From positions 1-19,377 of the forward strand of contig CBDANQ010000035.1 of assembly GCA_965197725.1 (NCBI GenBank): a stretch of DNA of 19,377 bases, written 5' to 3'. Source of the stretch: Longimicrobiales bacterium (lineage in GTDB: Bacteria > Gemmatimonadota > Gemmatimonadetes > Longimicrobiales > Gaopeijiaceae). Below are positions 1 to 7,546 of this stretch, piece by piece; the first letter of the stretch is position 1, and every line of letters begins with the position of its first letter. A program made the position numbers and the translations under genes. Under the pieces are notes generated by a model. That model was not told where the DNA came from. It worked only from the letters and a program-made list of their open reading frames with translations, and made no database searches.

Positions 1-768
1 GCGAATCGTGCGCGCGCAGATCTTCTCAGCGGAAGCACTCTCGAATTCGCGCGTCACCTCTTCGGCCGGGACCGGGAAGAAGCCTCCGAGGGCCTCTAGA
101 GTCCTCGCATTGGCACTGCGGTAGAAGAAGACCCCGAATACCGTGGGAACCGTCGCGCCGACCGCGTGCATCCGTTCCAGGAAGCGCTCGACCACCTGGA
201 GGCTGTGATGCGAAACGACCTGCGTCAGCGCGAAGTCCGCGTGGGCGTCGTCCGCCACCAGGAACGCTACCTGCTCGTCGGCGTCGCGGTGCGGGTTCGC
301 CCACCCTCCCAGGACCAGGTCAGGGAGTCTCCCGCGCAGGAGCTCGCGGAGGTCGCGTCCGTGAGGCACGCAACGCGGGACACCGACCGACTCGTCGCCT
401 CCGATGACCGTGAGCGCATCGAATCCGTCGGATTTCGCGCGCGATGCGAACATCATACAGTAGTCGAGCGTGTGCTTCGCGGTCAAAATCGGGATGATGC
501 GGCGCAGCTCGACATCGTCACCCACGTTCGCGCCGAGGTGAGCGAGATTCTCCTCTTCGGCCGCCCCCACCGCGTTGTCCGTGAGGAAGACGAAGACGTC
601 GTCGCTGCTCAGCCGGCCGAGCGAGTGGTACAGGTCGATCCAAGCGCCCATGCCTTCTTCGGACTGTAGATCCGACCGCGGCGGCCGCAGCTCCATCGCC
701 GCGAGCGGACCGGGCTGGTGCAGACGCTCGACCAGTAACGCGTGACGTCCGGCAGCGGGTGTCGTCAC
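1..768 (-). CDS. MetF/methylenetetrahydrofolate reductase-like FAD-linked oxidoreductase, divergent; partial (3' end beyond the left edge)
   Basis: Not in the ORF track. Hand translation gives an open frame from GTG 768 (GTGA overlap with the pepP stop at 765-767) to base 1: VTTPAAGRHALLVERLHQPGPLAAMELRPPRSD...FVFLTDNAVG...IIPILTAKH...LTVIGGD...LGGWANPH...ADFALTQVV...VPTVFGVFFYRS... The motif order matches MetF (FEFFPP, FVSVT, PHLTC, LALRGD, ADFAITQ, PIIPGI). Confidence 0.75.
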   Translation of the reverse strand, partial: MTTPAAGRHALLVERLHQPGPLAAMELRPPRSDLQSEEGMGAWIDLYHSLGRLSSDDVFVFLTDNAVGAAEEENLAHLGANVGDDVELRRIIPILTAKHTLDYCMMFASRAKSDGFDALTVIGGDESVGVPRCVPHGRDLRELLRGRLPDLVLGGWANPHRDADEQVAFLVADDAHADFALTQVVSHHSLQVVERFLERMHAVGATVPTVFGVFFYRSANARTLEALGGFFPVPAEEVTREFESASAEKICARTIR

Positions 769-2099
769 CGGGCGCCTACCAGAGCCTCGACCTCGTCCTC
801 GGCCGTCGGTAGCGACGCGGTCAGCACCTCGCAGCCCTGGCTGGTAACGAGCACGTCGTCCTCGATACGCACGCCGATGCCCGAGAACCGTGCAGCGGCT
901 TCTTTCGAGACACCGGGATGGAAGTAGAGACCAGGCTCTATCGTGAAGACCATGCCCGGCTCGAGCACCCTCGACTCACCCGCGTTCGCGTAGTCCGCGG
1001 GGTCGTGCACGTCGAGCCCGAGCCAATGGGACGTCTGATGCGGAAAGAATGGTCGGTACGTGGCCTCGCTGAACAGCTCCTCCGTCGAGCCGGAGAGCAC
1101 GCCGAGCCCCACCAACCCTTCAACGATCGTGCGGGCGGCAGCGTCGTGAACCGAGGCGATCGTGACCCCGGGGGCGACCTGCTCCACCGCCGCCCGGCGC
1201 GCAGCTAGGACGATTTGATAGACGTCGCGTTGCGTGTCTGAGAAGCCACCGCCAGCCGGATACGTGCGCGTGACGTCTCCGTTGTACAGCGCCACCTCGG
1301 CTCCGGCATCGATCAACACAAGCGCGCCATCGTCGATGGTGTCTCGGTTCTCCACGTAGTGGAGGACACATGCGTTGGTGCCCGACCCGACGATCGTGGC
1401 GAAGCCTGGTCCGGTGGCCCCCGCGGCCCTGAAGCCAGCGTCTACCGCAGCCTCCACGACCCACTCCCCTACACCCGCCGTGATGGCGGCAGCCCCGGAC
1501 CGGTGCCCCTCGGCACTGATGAGCGCCGCGGCGCGGATCACCTCGATCTCCTCGGCATCCTTCCGAAGACGCAACTCATCGAGGATCTCCCCGGGATCGA
1601 CCAGCCCGCGGGGTCCGGTGCCTCGTCGCAGGCCGCTGGCGCGGGCCTGCCTCAGCGCTCGTCGAACGAAGCCGTCCGCTCGCTCGCCCGCCCCCAGCCG
1701 ATAGTGGATGCGATCACCCGTTTGTAGCAGACCTGGCAGCCTGTCGTCCATCTCCGCTACCGAGTAGCACTCGTCGGCGCCGAATGCCTCCACGGCGGCT
1801 TCGGGCCCGAGCCGCTGGCCCGCCCAGAGCTCCTCCTTCGCGTCGCGCGGGCGGACGAAGAGAACGAAGCGCGGATCGTGCCCACCCACGAGCACGAGGA
1901 GACTCTCCGGCTCCGTCGTCCCGGTGAGGTAGTACAGCTCACTGTCAGGGCGATACCTGTACTCGGTATCCCTCGAACGGTACCCCCGCGGGGCGGACGG
2001 CAGGATCATGACGGCGGGGCCCAGTTGGCTCAGAACGGCCTCGCGTCTGCGCCGGCAGGTCTCGAGCGAAGGGCCCTCCGGAGTCGGGAGTCGGCTCAT
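765..2099 (-). CDS. pepP: Xaa-Pro aminopeptidase (aminopeptidase P, M24B)
   Basis: N-domain YRYRPDSELYYLTG. Catalytic motifs LHYVEN, LIDAGAE, YNGDVTRT, HQTSHWLGLDVHD, FTIEPGLY and GVRIEDDVLVT, with all five metal ligands (D, D, H, E, E) present. Confidence 0.95.
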   Translation of the reverse strand: MSRLPTPEGPSLETCRRRREAVLSQLGPAVMILPSAPRGYRSRDTEYRYRPDSELYYLTGTTEPESLLVLVGGHDPRFVLFVRPRDAKEELWAGQRLGPEAAVEAFGADECYSVAEMDDRLPGLLQTGDRIHYRLGAGERADGFVRRALRQARASGLRRGTGPRGLVDPGEILDELRLRKDAEEIEVIRAAALISAEGHRSGAAAITAGVGEWVVEAAVDAGFRAAGATGPGFATIVGSGTNACVLHYVENRDTIDDGALVLIDAGAEVALYNGDVTRTYPAGGGFSDTQRDVYQIVLAARRAAVEQVAPGVTIASVHDAAARTIVEGLVGLGVLSGSTEELFSEATYRPFFPHQTSHWLGLDVHDPADYANAGESRVLEPGMVFTIEPGLYFHPGVSKEAAARFSGIGVRIEDDVLVTSQGCEVLTASLPTAEDEVEALVGAR

Positions 2100-2105
2100 G
2101 GCGGC

Positions 2106-2111
2106 AAACTA
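2106..2111 (-). promoter_or_regulatory. Putative -10 box (TAGTTT) of a leaderless pepP transcript
   Basis: Minus strand reads TAGTTT-gccgcc-ATG: TANNNT 6 nt before the start codon, with no Shine-Dalgarno. Confidence 0.55.
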
Positions 2112-2143
2112 GCGGCCGCCACCGGGCGTCGGCACCCCGGAGG

Positions 2144-4324
2144 CTAGCGCGCTCCCCAGGATGCCCGGAAGCCGATCTGGAATGACAGGTCGGGTCCCGG
2201 CTCGAAGAATCGGCTACCGAACGCGTTAACCGCTACGGAAGCGATGTAATCCTCGTCCAACGCGTTTGTCAGCGCGACCCAAGGGGAGAGGTCCATGTTG
2301 CCCAGGATGATCTCGTCGAGCCCAGCTCTGAGATCCACCAGAAAATAAGAAGGTGTCGTCGTCGTGTTCCGATCGTTCACGGGCACTTCATCCACGTACG
2401 TCCCGGCGATCTCCGCCCACGCCCGACCTGGGCTGAAGCGCAGGACAGCCTGGCCTCGGTTCGGCGACACACCGGGAACCTGGTTTGCGCTCAGGTCGTC
2501 CCCGCCCAACTCGTACTGCTGGAATTGAGCGTCCGTGTGCGTGTAGGTCACGTCTCCCCTGACGAGCCCGTCGCTGGACGCGGCTGACAGCGTCGCCTCC
2601 AGACCGCGATGCCGCGACTCACCCGAGTTCCGGAAGAAGCTCACATCGTCGAAACCCTCTAGCTCGAACCGAACGAGCTCGTTTCGGAGATTCGTCTGGT
2701 ATCCGGTCACCTCGAAGGCGGCGTTCGATCCCATGTCGCCTCGGATCCCCAATTCGTAGGACTCCCCTCTCATCGGATCCAGGTCCGGGTTGAAACCACC
2801 GGCGGCATTCGGCTGGTTCGAGAGCTCGCTCGTCGTCGGGGTTTCGAACACCGTGCCGAACGAAGCGAACAGGTTGACGGACTGTCCCGCTGGCACGCTG
2901 ATCCCGATCGAAGGACTCACCGCATCCATCGTCCGCGTGCCCGAGTCGTCGGCATTGTCCGCAGTCACCGGGACGCGATCGTCGGCCGTGAACTCATGGT
3001 TGTCGTACCTCAGGCCCGCTAGAGCGATCGCCCCACCGGCCAACTTCAGCGTTCCCTGAAGGAAGACGCTGGCACTCCGCACGTCCTCGGCTTGGTCGAG
3101 GAAGGGAACGGCTCCAGGAGCGGGCTGACCTGACCCAAACCCGCGCGAGATCTCCGATCGATCGTCGTTCTGCAAATCGTACTGGAACCCACTTTGCCAG
3201 CTGAAGTCCGCGGAGCCGGCCGAAACGGTACTGCCCAACTGGGCGCGAAAGCCCCCTCCCTTCCGGGAGAGATCAATGACGTCGAAGGGGATCGGATTGT
3301 TGATGGTCCTGTGCACGCCGTATGCCGAGAAATCCGCCTGAAGCGCATCTCCCAGAGGGCCCGCCCAGCGCACACCAGCCTGCTGCTGCTCGAGTGCCTT
3401 TCCGGTCCTGAATCTGAGATAAAGGTCGTTGATCTGACGGTAGACATCGCTCTCGAAGTCGTCCGTCTTCGATCCCGCGTTCTCGGCGTCCAGATCCAAT
3501 ACGTTGGCGGTCAGCGAGAGTTCGCCTCCCGCGAGTGGCGTCGTGACTCTCGCGTTGAACCCGAGCCTGTCCGACCCTCCGTAGCTCGTGCCGAGCGTAT
3601 CGATGCGGGCCGATCCCGCCGCGATCGTGCGATAGCCGTCCCACCTCTGGCCTGACACGGTCACGAGGTAACCGGTGTTCTCCACCGTCCCCGACGCGGT
3701 CAACTGGCCGCGCCACAAGCCGTCACTACCCGTCACCCCCATGACTTCCGTATCGAACGGGACCGTCGCGGGGGCCCGACTGGTAAAAGAAAGCACTCCG
3801 CCCGCGGCGTTTCCAAACAGCGCGGATGCTGGCCCCCGGAGGGCCTCGACCCGCCCCAGCGAGCCTATATCCAGATGATCGAGGCTGCTCTGTCCATCGG
3901 GGAGCGTCGCTGGGATCCCGTCAACGATCACCCTGATCCCTCGGAGTCCGAACTGGGCTCGAGCTCCGAACCCGCGAATCGCCACGCGCTCTCCTACAGC
4001 CGGGTTAAAGCGGTTCTGTACCTGGACACCGGGCAGCAGTTGGAGCGCGTCCCCTAGGAAGAAGCCACTCCGTCCACGCTGCAGATCCCTCCCAGTCAAT
4101 GCCGAGACCGAGAGCGGCGCCGCGTTTTGCGAGATCGGCGTGCGGAGAACCCTGACCTCGATCGCTGCCAGCGGAATCGTATCACTCGCTTGCGGCAGCA
4201 AGGCGGCGGATGCCGGGGACGCTGCGAAAAGGCCGCTCGGTTGCGACAGAATGACCGTAGCAACGAAGGTCATCAAGGCGAGGTGCCCCGAATGCCCGGG
4301 ACTCCTGATCTTTTCGCGGGACAT
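2144..4324 (-). CDS. TonB-dependent receptor, YncD/PqqU-like
   Basis: Plug motif AIRGFGARAQFGLRGIRVIVDGIPATLPDGQ...VEALRGPASALFGNAAGGVLSFTS, plus FETPTTSEL and a C-terminal SVAVNAFGSRFFEPGP, all resembling E. coli YncD as recalled. Start moved from 4522 to ATG 4324, which has SD AGGAGA at 4329-4334 and is followed by a signal-peptide-like segment. Confidence 0.9.
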   Translation of the reverse strand: MSREKIRSPGHSGHLALMTFVATVILSQPSGLFAASPASAALLPQASDTIPLAAIEVRVLRTPISQNAAPLSVSALTGRDLQRGRSGFFLGDALQLLPGVQVQNRFNPAVGERVAIRGFGARAQFGLRGIRVIVDGIPATLPDGQSSLDHLDIGSLGRVEALRGPASALFGNAAGGVLSFTSRAPATVPFDTEVMGVTGSDGLWRGQLTASGTVENTGYLVTVSGQRWDGYRTIAAGSARIDTLGTSYGGSDRLGFNARVTTPLAGGELSLTANVLDLDAENAGSKTDDFESDVYRQINDLYLRFRTGKALEQQQAGVRWAGPLGDALQADFSAYGVHRTINNPIPFDVIDLSRKGGGFRAQLGSTVSAGSADFSWQSGFQYDLQNDDRSEISRGFGSGQPAPGAVPFLDQAEDVRSASVFLQGTLKLAGGAIALAGLRYDNHEFTADDRVPVTADNADDSGTRTMDAVSPSIGISVPAGQSVNLFASFGTVFETPTTSELSNQPNAAGGFNPDLDPMRGESYELGIRGDMGSNAAFEVTGYQTNLRNELVRFELEGFDDVSFFRNSGESRHRGLEATLSAASSDGLVRGDVTYTHTDAQFQQYELGGDDLSANQVPGVSPNRGQAVLRFSPGRAWAEIAGTYVDEVPVNDRNTTTTPSYFLVDLRAGLDEIILGNMDLSPWVALTNALDEDYIASVAVNAFGSRFFEPGPDLSFQIGFRASWGAR

Positions 4325-4492
4325 GACATCTCCTGAAAGGGTGCGGTTCTCGGTGCCCATGGAGCGTAGAAGAGACCATCCCACAACCTTGGTGTCCAGA
4401 GAGAATCGGCCTCGCCCCCGAGCCCCTCGACGAGGCCAGCACCGTAGGTCCGACGCGCATGACCGCCCGTGGACCCGCTCCGATCTCCTGTC

Positions 4493-4498
4493 TATACT
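4493..4498 (+). promoter_or_regulatory. Putative -10 box (TATACT) just upstream of ATG 4508
   Basis: TATACT-ccggctccc-ATG: near-consensus -10, 9 nt before the ATG, no SD. Confidence 0.45.
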
Positions 4499-4507
4499 CC
4501 GGCTCCC

Positions 4508-5041
4508 ATGACCCGACTCCACACGTTTTTCCCCACCACAATGCGGCGCTTGGCGCGTCTCACGGCGCTGATCTTGGCCTCGGCGTACATCCCTTCAGCG
4601 GCGCGCTGCCAGAGCTCGACGGACGACGATGGCATCCGTGTCGGTATCAGTGTAGGCGGCGTGAGCACGGTGGGTCTGCTGCTCGAGTACTTCGACGGCA
4701 ACCGCAGCATTGACCTGACCGTGGGCACGTGGTCCTTCCGCGACCTGAGTCTCTCGCTCGTGGTGAAGCGGTACTTCGGGGCCAACGCCGCGAGACCCTT
4801 CGTGGGCGTGGGCCTGTGGGTGGTCGCGGCCAACCCGTCGGACGGGAGACTCGGCCTCGCGGCTGTGGTGAGGGCGCCCGTGGGTGTCGACTGGAACGGG
4901 GCCGGCGGACACTCGCTCGGCGCGAGCGTCAACGTCAACCGCGTGCTTTGGGTTCGGCGCACCGACCCCGAAGACGACCTACCACTCAGCCGCAGGTGGG
5001 TCCCGCTGCCCGGCATCTACTACCGGTTCGAGCCGCGCTGA
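4508..5041 (+). CDS. Hypothetical exported protein, probable small outer-membrane beta-barrel
   Basis: Signal peptide (MRRLARLTALILASAYIPSAARC|Q), alternating hydrophobic strands (IRVGISVG, RPFVGVGLW, VRAPVGVDW, LGASVNVN) and terminal GIYYRF. Start is ATG 4508 or 4541 rather than 4469. Confidence 0.7.
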   Translation: MTRLHTFFPTTMRRLARLTALILASAYIPSAARCQSSTDDDGIRVGISVGGVSTVGLLLEYFDGNRSIDLTVGTWSFRDLSLSLVVKRYFGANAARPFVGVGLWVVAANPSDGRLGLAAVVRAPVGVDWNGAGGHSLGASVNVNRVLWVRRTDPEDDLPLSRRWVPLPGIYYRFEPR

Positions 5042-5070
5042 AGACGAGTGCACATGCGAGTGCGCCACGC

Positions 5071-5325
5071 TCACCATTCCTCAGGTTCGTCCCAGCTCTC
5101 GGACCAGAACTTCCGCTCTTCCTCATCGATCTCTCCGATGTCGAGCGGTTCATCTTCATCAGCGGTCAGGGCCCCGGTAGTCAGGATCGCGTCGAGGGCC
5201 TCGTCGTCGACCACCGGGATTCGAGGGCGCAGGTGCTCGCGCAAGCGCAAGCGGAGACTGATGCCAGCCGCGAAGGCCAACACGACCAGTCCCGCCCAGA
5301 AGACGAGCCAGAAGAGGGCTACCAT
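5071..5325 (-). CDS. Small (84 aa) single-pass membrane protein with an acidic, Trp-rich tail
   Basis: ATG 5325 overlaps the thrC-like stop (TGATG). Sequence MVALFWLVFWAGLVVLAFAAGISLRLR...DEEERKFWSESWDEPEEW. The upstream part of the 277-aa track ORF is out-of-frame overlap with thrC. Confidence 0.75.
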   Translation of the reverse strand: MVALFWLVFWAGLVVLAFAAGISLRLRLREHLRPRIPVVDDEALDAILTTGALTADEDEPLDIGEIDEEERKFWSESWDEPEEW

Positions 5326-6512
5326 CAATCGATCGGCTCCATTCCCACGTACTTGAGACCGCTTCCCGTGTTGAAGAGAACGACCTCGTCGCCTGCTGAG
5401 ATCAAGCCCTTCTCCATCAGCATGGGGACTGCGGCTGCCGTCGCGCCACCCTCCGGCGCCGCGAAGATGCCGGTGTCCGTGCCGATGTGTCGGACCCACT
5501 CTGCCATCACGTGGTCCGCGACGGCGACCGCTCCACCGCCAGACTCGCGCAGAGCCCGCAGGATTAGGAAGTCCCCTACCGCCCCGGGCACACGCAGCCC
5601 TGAAGCGTACGTCGCCGCCCCCTGCCACATCTCGGCGCTCTCCCACCCGGCCTCCCACGCCCGTACCATCGGCGCGCAGCCGGAGGCCTGCACGGCGAAC
5701 ATCTTGGGTCGCTCGGAGCCGATCCAACCCAGGCGCTCCATCTCGTCGAACGCCTTCCACATCCCGATCAAACCGGTGCCACCGCCGGTCGGGTAGACGA
5801 TCGAGTCGGGAAGTAGCCCGCCCAACTGCTCGTGAAGTTCGTAGCCCATGGTCTTCTTGCCCTCCACGCGATACGGCTCCTTGAGCGTGGAGAGGTCGAA
5901 CCATCCGTGCTGCTCGACGCCTCGTTTCACGACTCGGCCGCAGTCACTGATGAGGCCATCGAGTAGCTGAAGGTCCGCGCCGAACGCCGTCATCTCTTCG
6001 AGGATCGGCCTCGGCGTGTCCGTGGGAACGACAACGTGCACGGGGAGACCGGCGGCGGCTCCGTACGCCGCGGCAGCACTGCCAGCGTTGCCCGCAGAGG
6101 GAAGTGCGAGCTCTTTCGCGCCCAGCTCGAGGGCCCGCGAAACCGCAAGGCAGAGGCCCCGATCTTTGAAACTCCCTGTCGGGTTCTGACCCTCGTCCTT
6201 TATCCAGACCTTGCTGACTCCGATACGGGACGCGGTGCGCGGGGCATCGATGAGCGGCGTCCAACCCTCCCCCAGCTTCACCTGAGCGGAACGATCCCGA
6301 ACCGGAAGAACCTCTTCGTAGCGCCACAGGCCAGCCTCACGCCCGGCGAGGGCGTCCGGCGTGAACCGCTCGGCGATGGCGTCCAGGTCGTACCGTGCGA
6401 AGAGCGGTTTGCCCGCAGCGGACAACCCGATCAACTGCTCGCTCTCCACGACTTCGCCGGAGCCCGTGCACTCGAGGTGGGTGGCGCCGGAAAGCGGCGT
6501 CTGCTCCGGCAT
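5325..6512 (-). CDS. thrC: Threonine synthase-family PLP enzyme (fold type II)
   Basis: LGEGWTPL, KDEGQNPTGSFKDRG (PLP lysine), SAGNAG, YRVEGKKTMGYE, PTGGGTG, PEGGA and FNTGSGLKY. The family is secure; the exact substrate is less so (see findings). Confidence 0.85.
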   Translation of the reverse strand: MPEQTPLSGATHLECTGSGEVVESEQLIGLSAAGKPLFARYDLDAIAERFTPDALAGREAGLWRYEEVLPVRDRSAQVKLGEGWTPLIDAPRTASRIGVSKVWIKDEGQNPTGSFKDRGLCLAVSRALELGAKELALPSAGNAGSAAAAYGAAAGLPVHVVVPTDTPRPILEEMTAFGADLQLLDGLISDCGRVVKRGVEQHGWFDLSTLKEPYRVEGKKTMGYELHEQLGGLLPDSIVYPTGGGTGLIGMWKAFDEMERLGWIGSERPKMFAVQASGCAPMVRAWEAGWESAEMWQGAATYASGLRVPGAVGDFLILRALRESGGGAVAVADHVMAEWVRHIGTDTGIFAAPEGGATAAAVPMLMEKGLISAGDEVVLFNTGSGLKYVGMEPID

Positions 6513-7375
6513 CAGCTGTCGCTTTCGCTATGTGGTGGATAAGCGGAGTCCGCGCCTTCAGCACGCAGCGCGCGGACGCCCAGCGTCAGTGTGATCGCCG
6601 CGAACGGAACAAGCCAGAGCGGAGGGGGAGCCTCGGGATCTGACAGGAGCTCCCTCGAACTCGGCATGGACACGAGTACCACGATCGACGCGTTGTTGAC
6701 GAAGTGCATGAGCACGCCAGTCCAGATCGAGCCGGTACGCCACACAGCCCAGGCGATGACGATACCCAACGAGGCAGTCGGGAGGAACCGGATCACGGTC
6801 TGGAACGACAGGTGGAACGCGCCGAACATGGCGCCGTTGAGCATCACGAACCGCCATGGATCGAGCGTGCGCGTGCCTCCGAGAAGCACACCCCGAAAGA
6901 CGATCTCTTCACAGAACGCGGGGGTCACGGCGAGAAGGAGCAGCAGCCACGCCAGTCGCCCCGTGCTGTCCGCGGTGACGAGCTCTTCGAGACCCTCTAG
7001 AATCTCCCACGGGACAGGCAGGAACAACGTCTGGAGCCACCCGACAAACCACACCGCCGGGGTCGCCCCCACGATGAGTATCACGGCTGCCAGCGCGCCC
7101 CGCCGAGTGGGGCGACCGAGCGATAGCGTGCGGCCGACGTCGAAGCCCCCCAAGGAGAGGAAGAGTAGGGCCGGCACGAAGAGCAGAAGCCACTCCGCGG
7201 CGAGCAGGCCGCTCTCGCCGAGCCTGATCTGAAGGCGAACGCCCAGGGAGAGAAAGAGAAGCGCCACGAAGGCGACCAATGCCAGCGCCTGTCCCGGGCG
7301 CGGGACTCCGCGCGTGGGGCCGGCCGCTGGAATGCGCAGGCCGTACCGCCTTGCGAGGTCAAGGAAGCGAGTCAT
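6512..7375 (-). CDS. CPBP/CAAX (Abi) family intramembrane metalloprotease
   Basis: Polytopic hydrophobic protein with EEIVFRG, FGAFH and HFVNN motifs. Its stop overlaps the thrC ATG (TGATG at 6510-6514). Confidence 0.92.
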   Translation of the reverse strand: MTRFLDLARRYGLRIPAAGPTRGVPRPGQALALVAFVALLFLSLGVRLQIRLGESGLLAAEWLLLFVPALLFLSLGGFDVGRTLSLGRPTRRGALAAVILIVGATPAVWFVGWLQTLFLPVPWEILEGLEELVTADSTGRLAWLLLLLAVTPAFCEEIVFRGVLLGGTRTLDPWRFVMLNGAMFGAFHLSFQTVIRFLPTASLGIVIAWAVWRTGSIWTGVLMHFVNNASIVVLVSMPSSRELLSDPEAPPPLWLVPFAAITLTLGVRALRAEGADSAYPPHSESDS

Positions 7376-7381
7376 CGATTC

Positions 7382-7387
7382 AGACTA
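7382..7387 (-). promoter_or_regulatory. Putative -10 box (TAGTCT) of a leaderless CPBP-thrC transcript
   Basis: Minus strand reads TAGTCT-gaatcg-ATG, the same 6-nt spacing as pepP, with no SD. Confidence 0.55.
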
Positions 7388-7546
7388 GAAGGCTGTTCAA
7401 GCTACGGCGACGAGGAGAGACGATGGATCAACCGCGCGGGCACGGACGCGAAGCGTTGGTCGTCATGTGCCCAACACCTTGGTTGACCTAATCTTATGTC
7501 TATGTGGGTTGCGGTGGCACGCTGTACTTCTTCAACAGCCTTCTAG
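7385..7546. mobile_element. MITE-like non-autonomous element with IS5/IS1182-type terminal inverted repeats and CTAG flanks
   Basis: Left end CTAGAAGGCTGTTCAAG (7385-7401) versus right end reverse complement CTAGAAGGCTGTTGAAG (7530-7546): 16/17 match, then CTACGGCG versus GTACAGCG after a 2-nt gap. There are 154 bp between the two CTAGs and no transposase. Confidence 0.7.

Noticed and set aside
166..669. 167-aa plus-strand ORF that looks like the gene for this region
   Set aside because: It is the codon-aligned antisense shadow of the MetF-like minus-strand gene, which has family motifs and a coupled start.
4325..4522. N-terminal extension of the TonB receptor, or a riboswitch in its leader
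   Set aside because: The extension is Arg/Gly-rich, overlaps the divergent gene and precedes a good SD and ATG. I could not recognise cobalamin, TPP or other riboswitch consensus elements; an Infernal/Rfam scan would settle it.
4729..5904. Long ORFs 4729-5796 (+) and the 5' part of 5071-5904 (-)
   Set aside because: They are out-of-frame or antisense overlaps of better-supported genes, with the low-complexity Arg/Pro/Ala composition typical of GC-rich shadow ORFs.
4381..7490. Similar quasi-palindromes CAACCTTGGTG (~4384) and CACCTTGGTTG (~7475) as a shared operator
   Set aside because: They are short and imperfect, there are only two instances, and one lies inside the MITE. Not distinguishable from chance.
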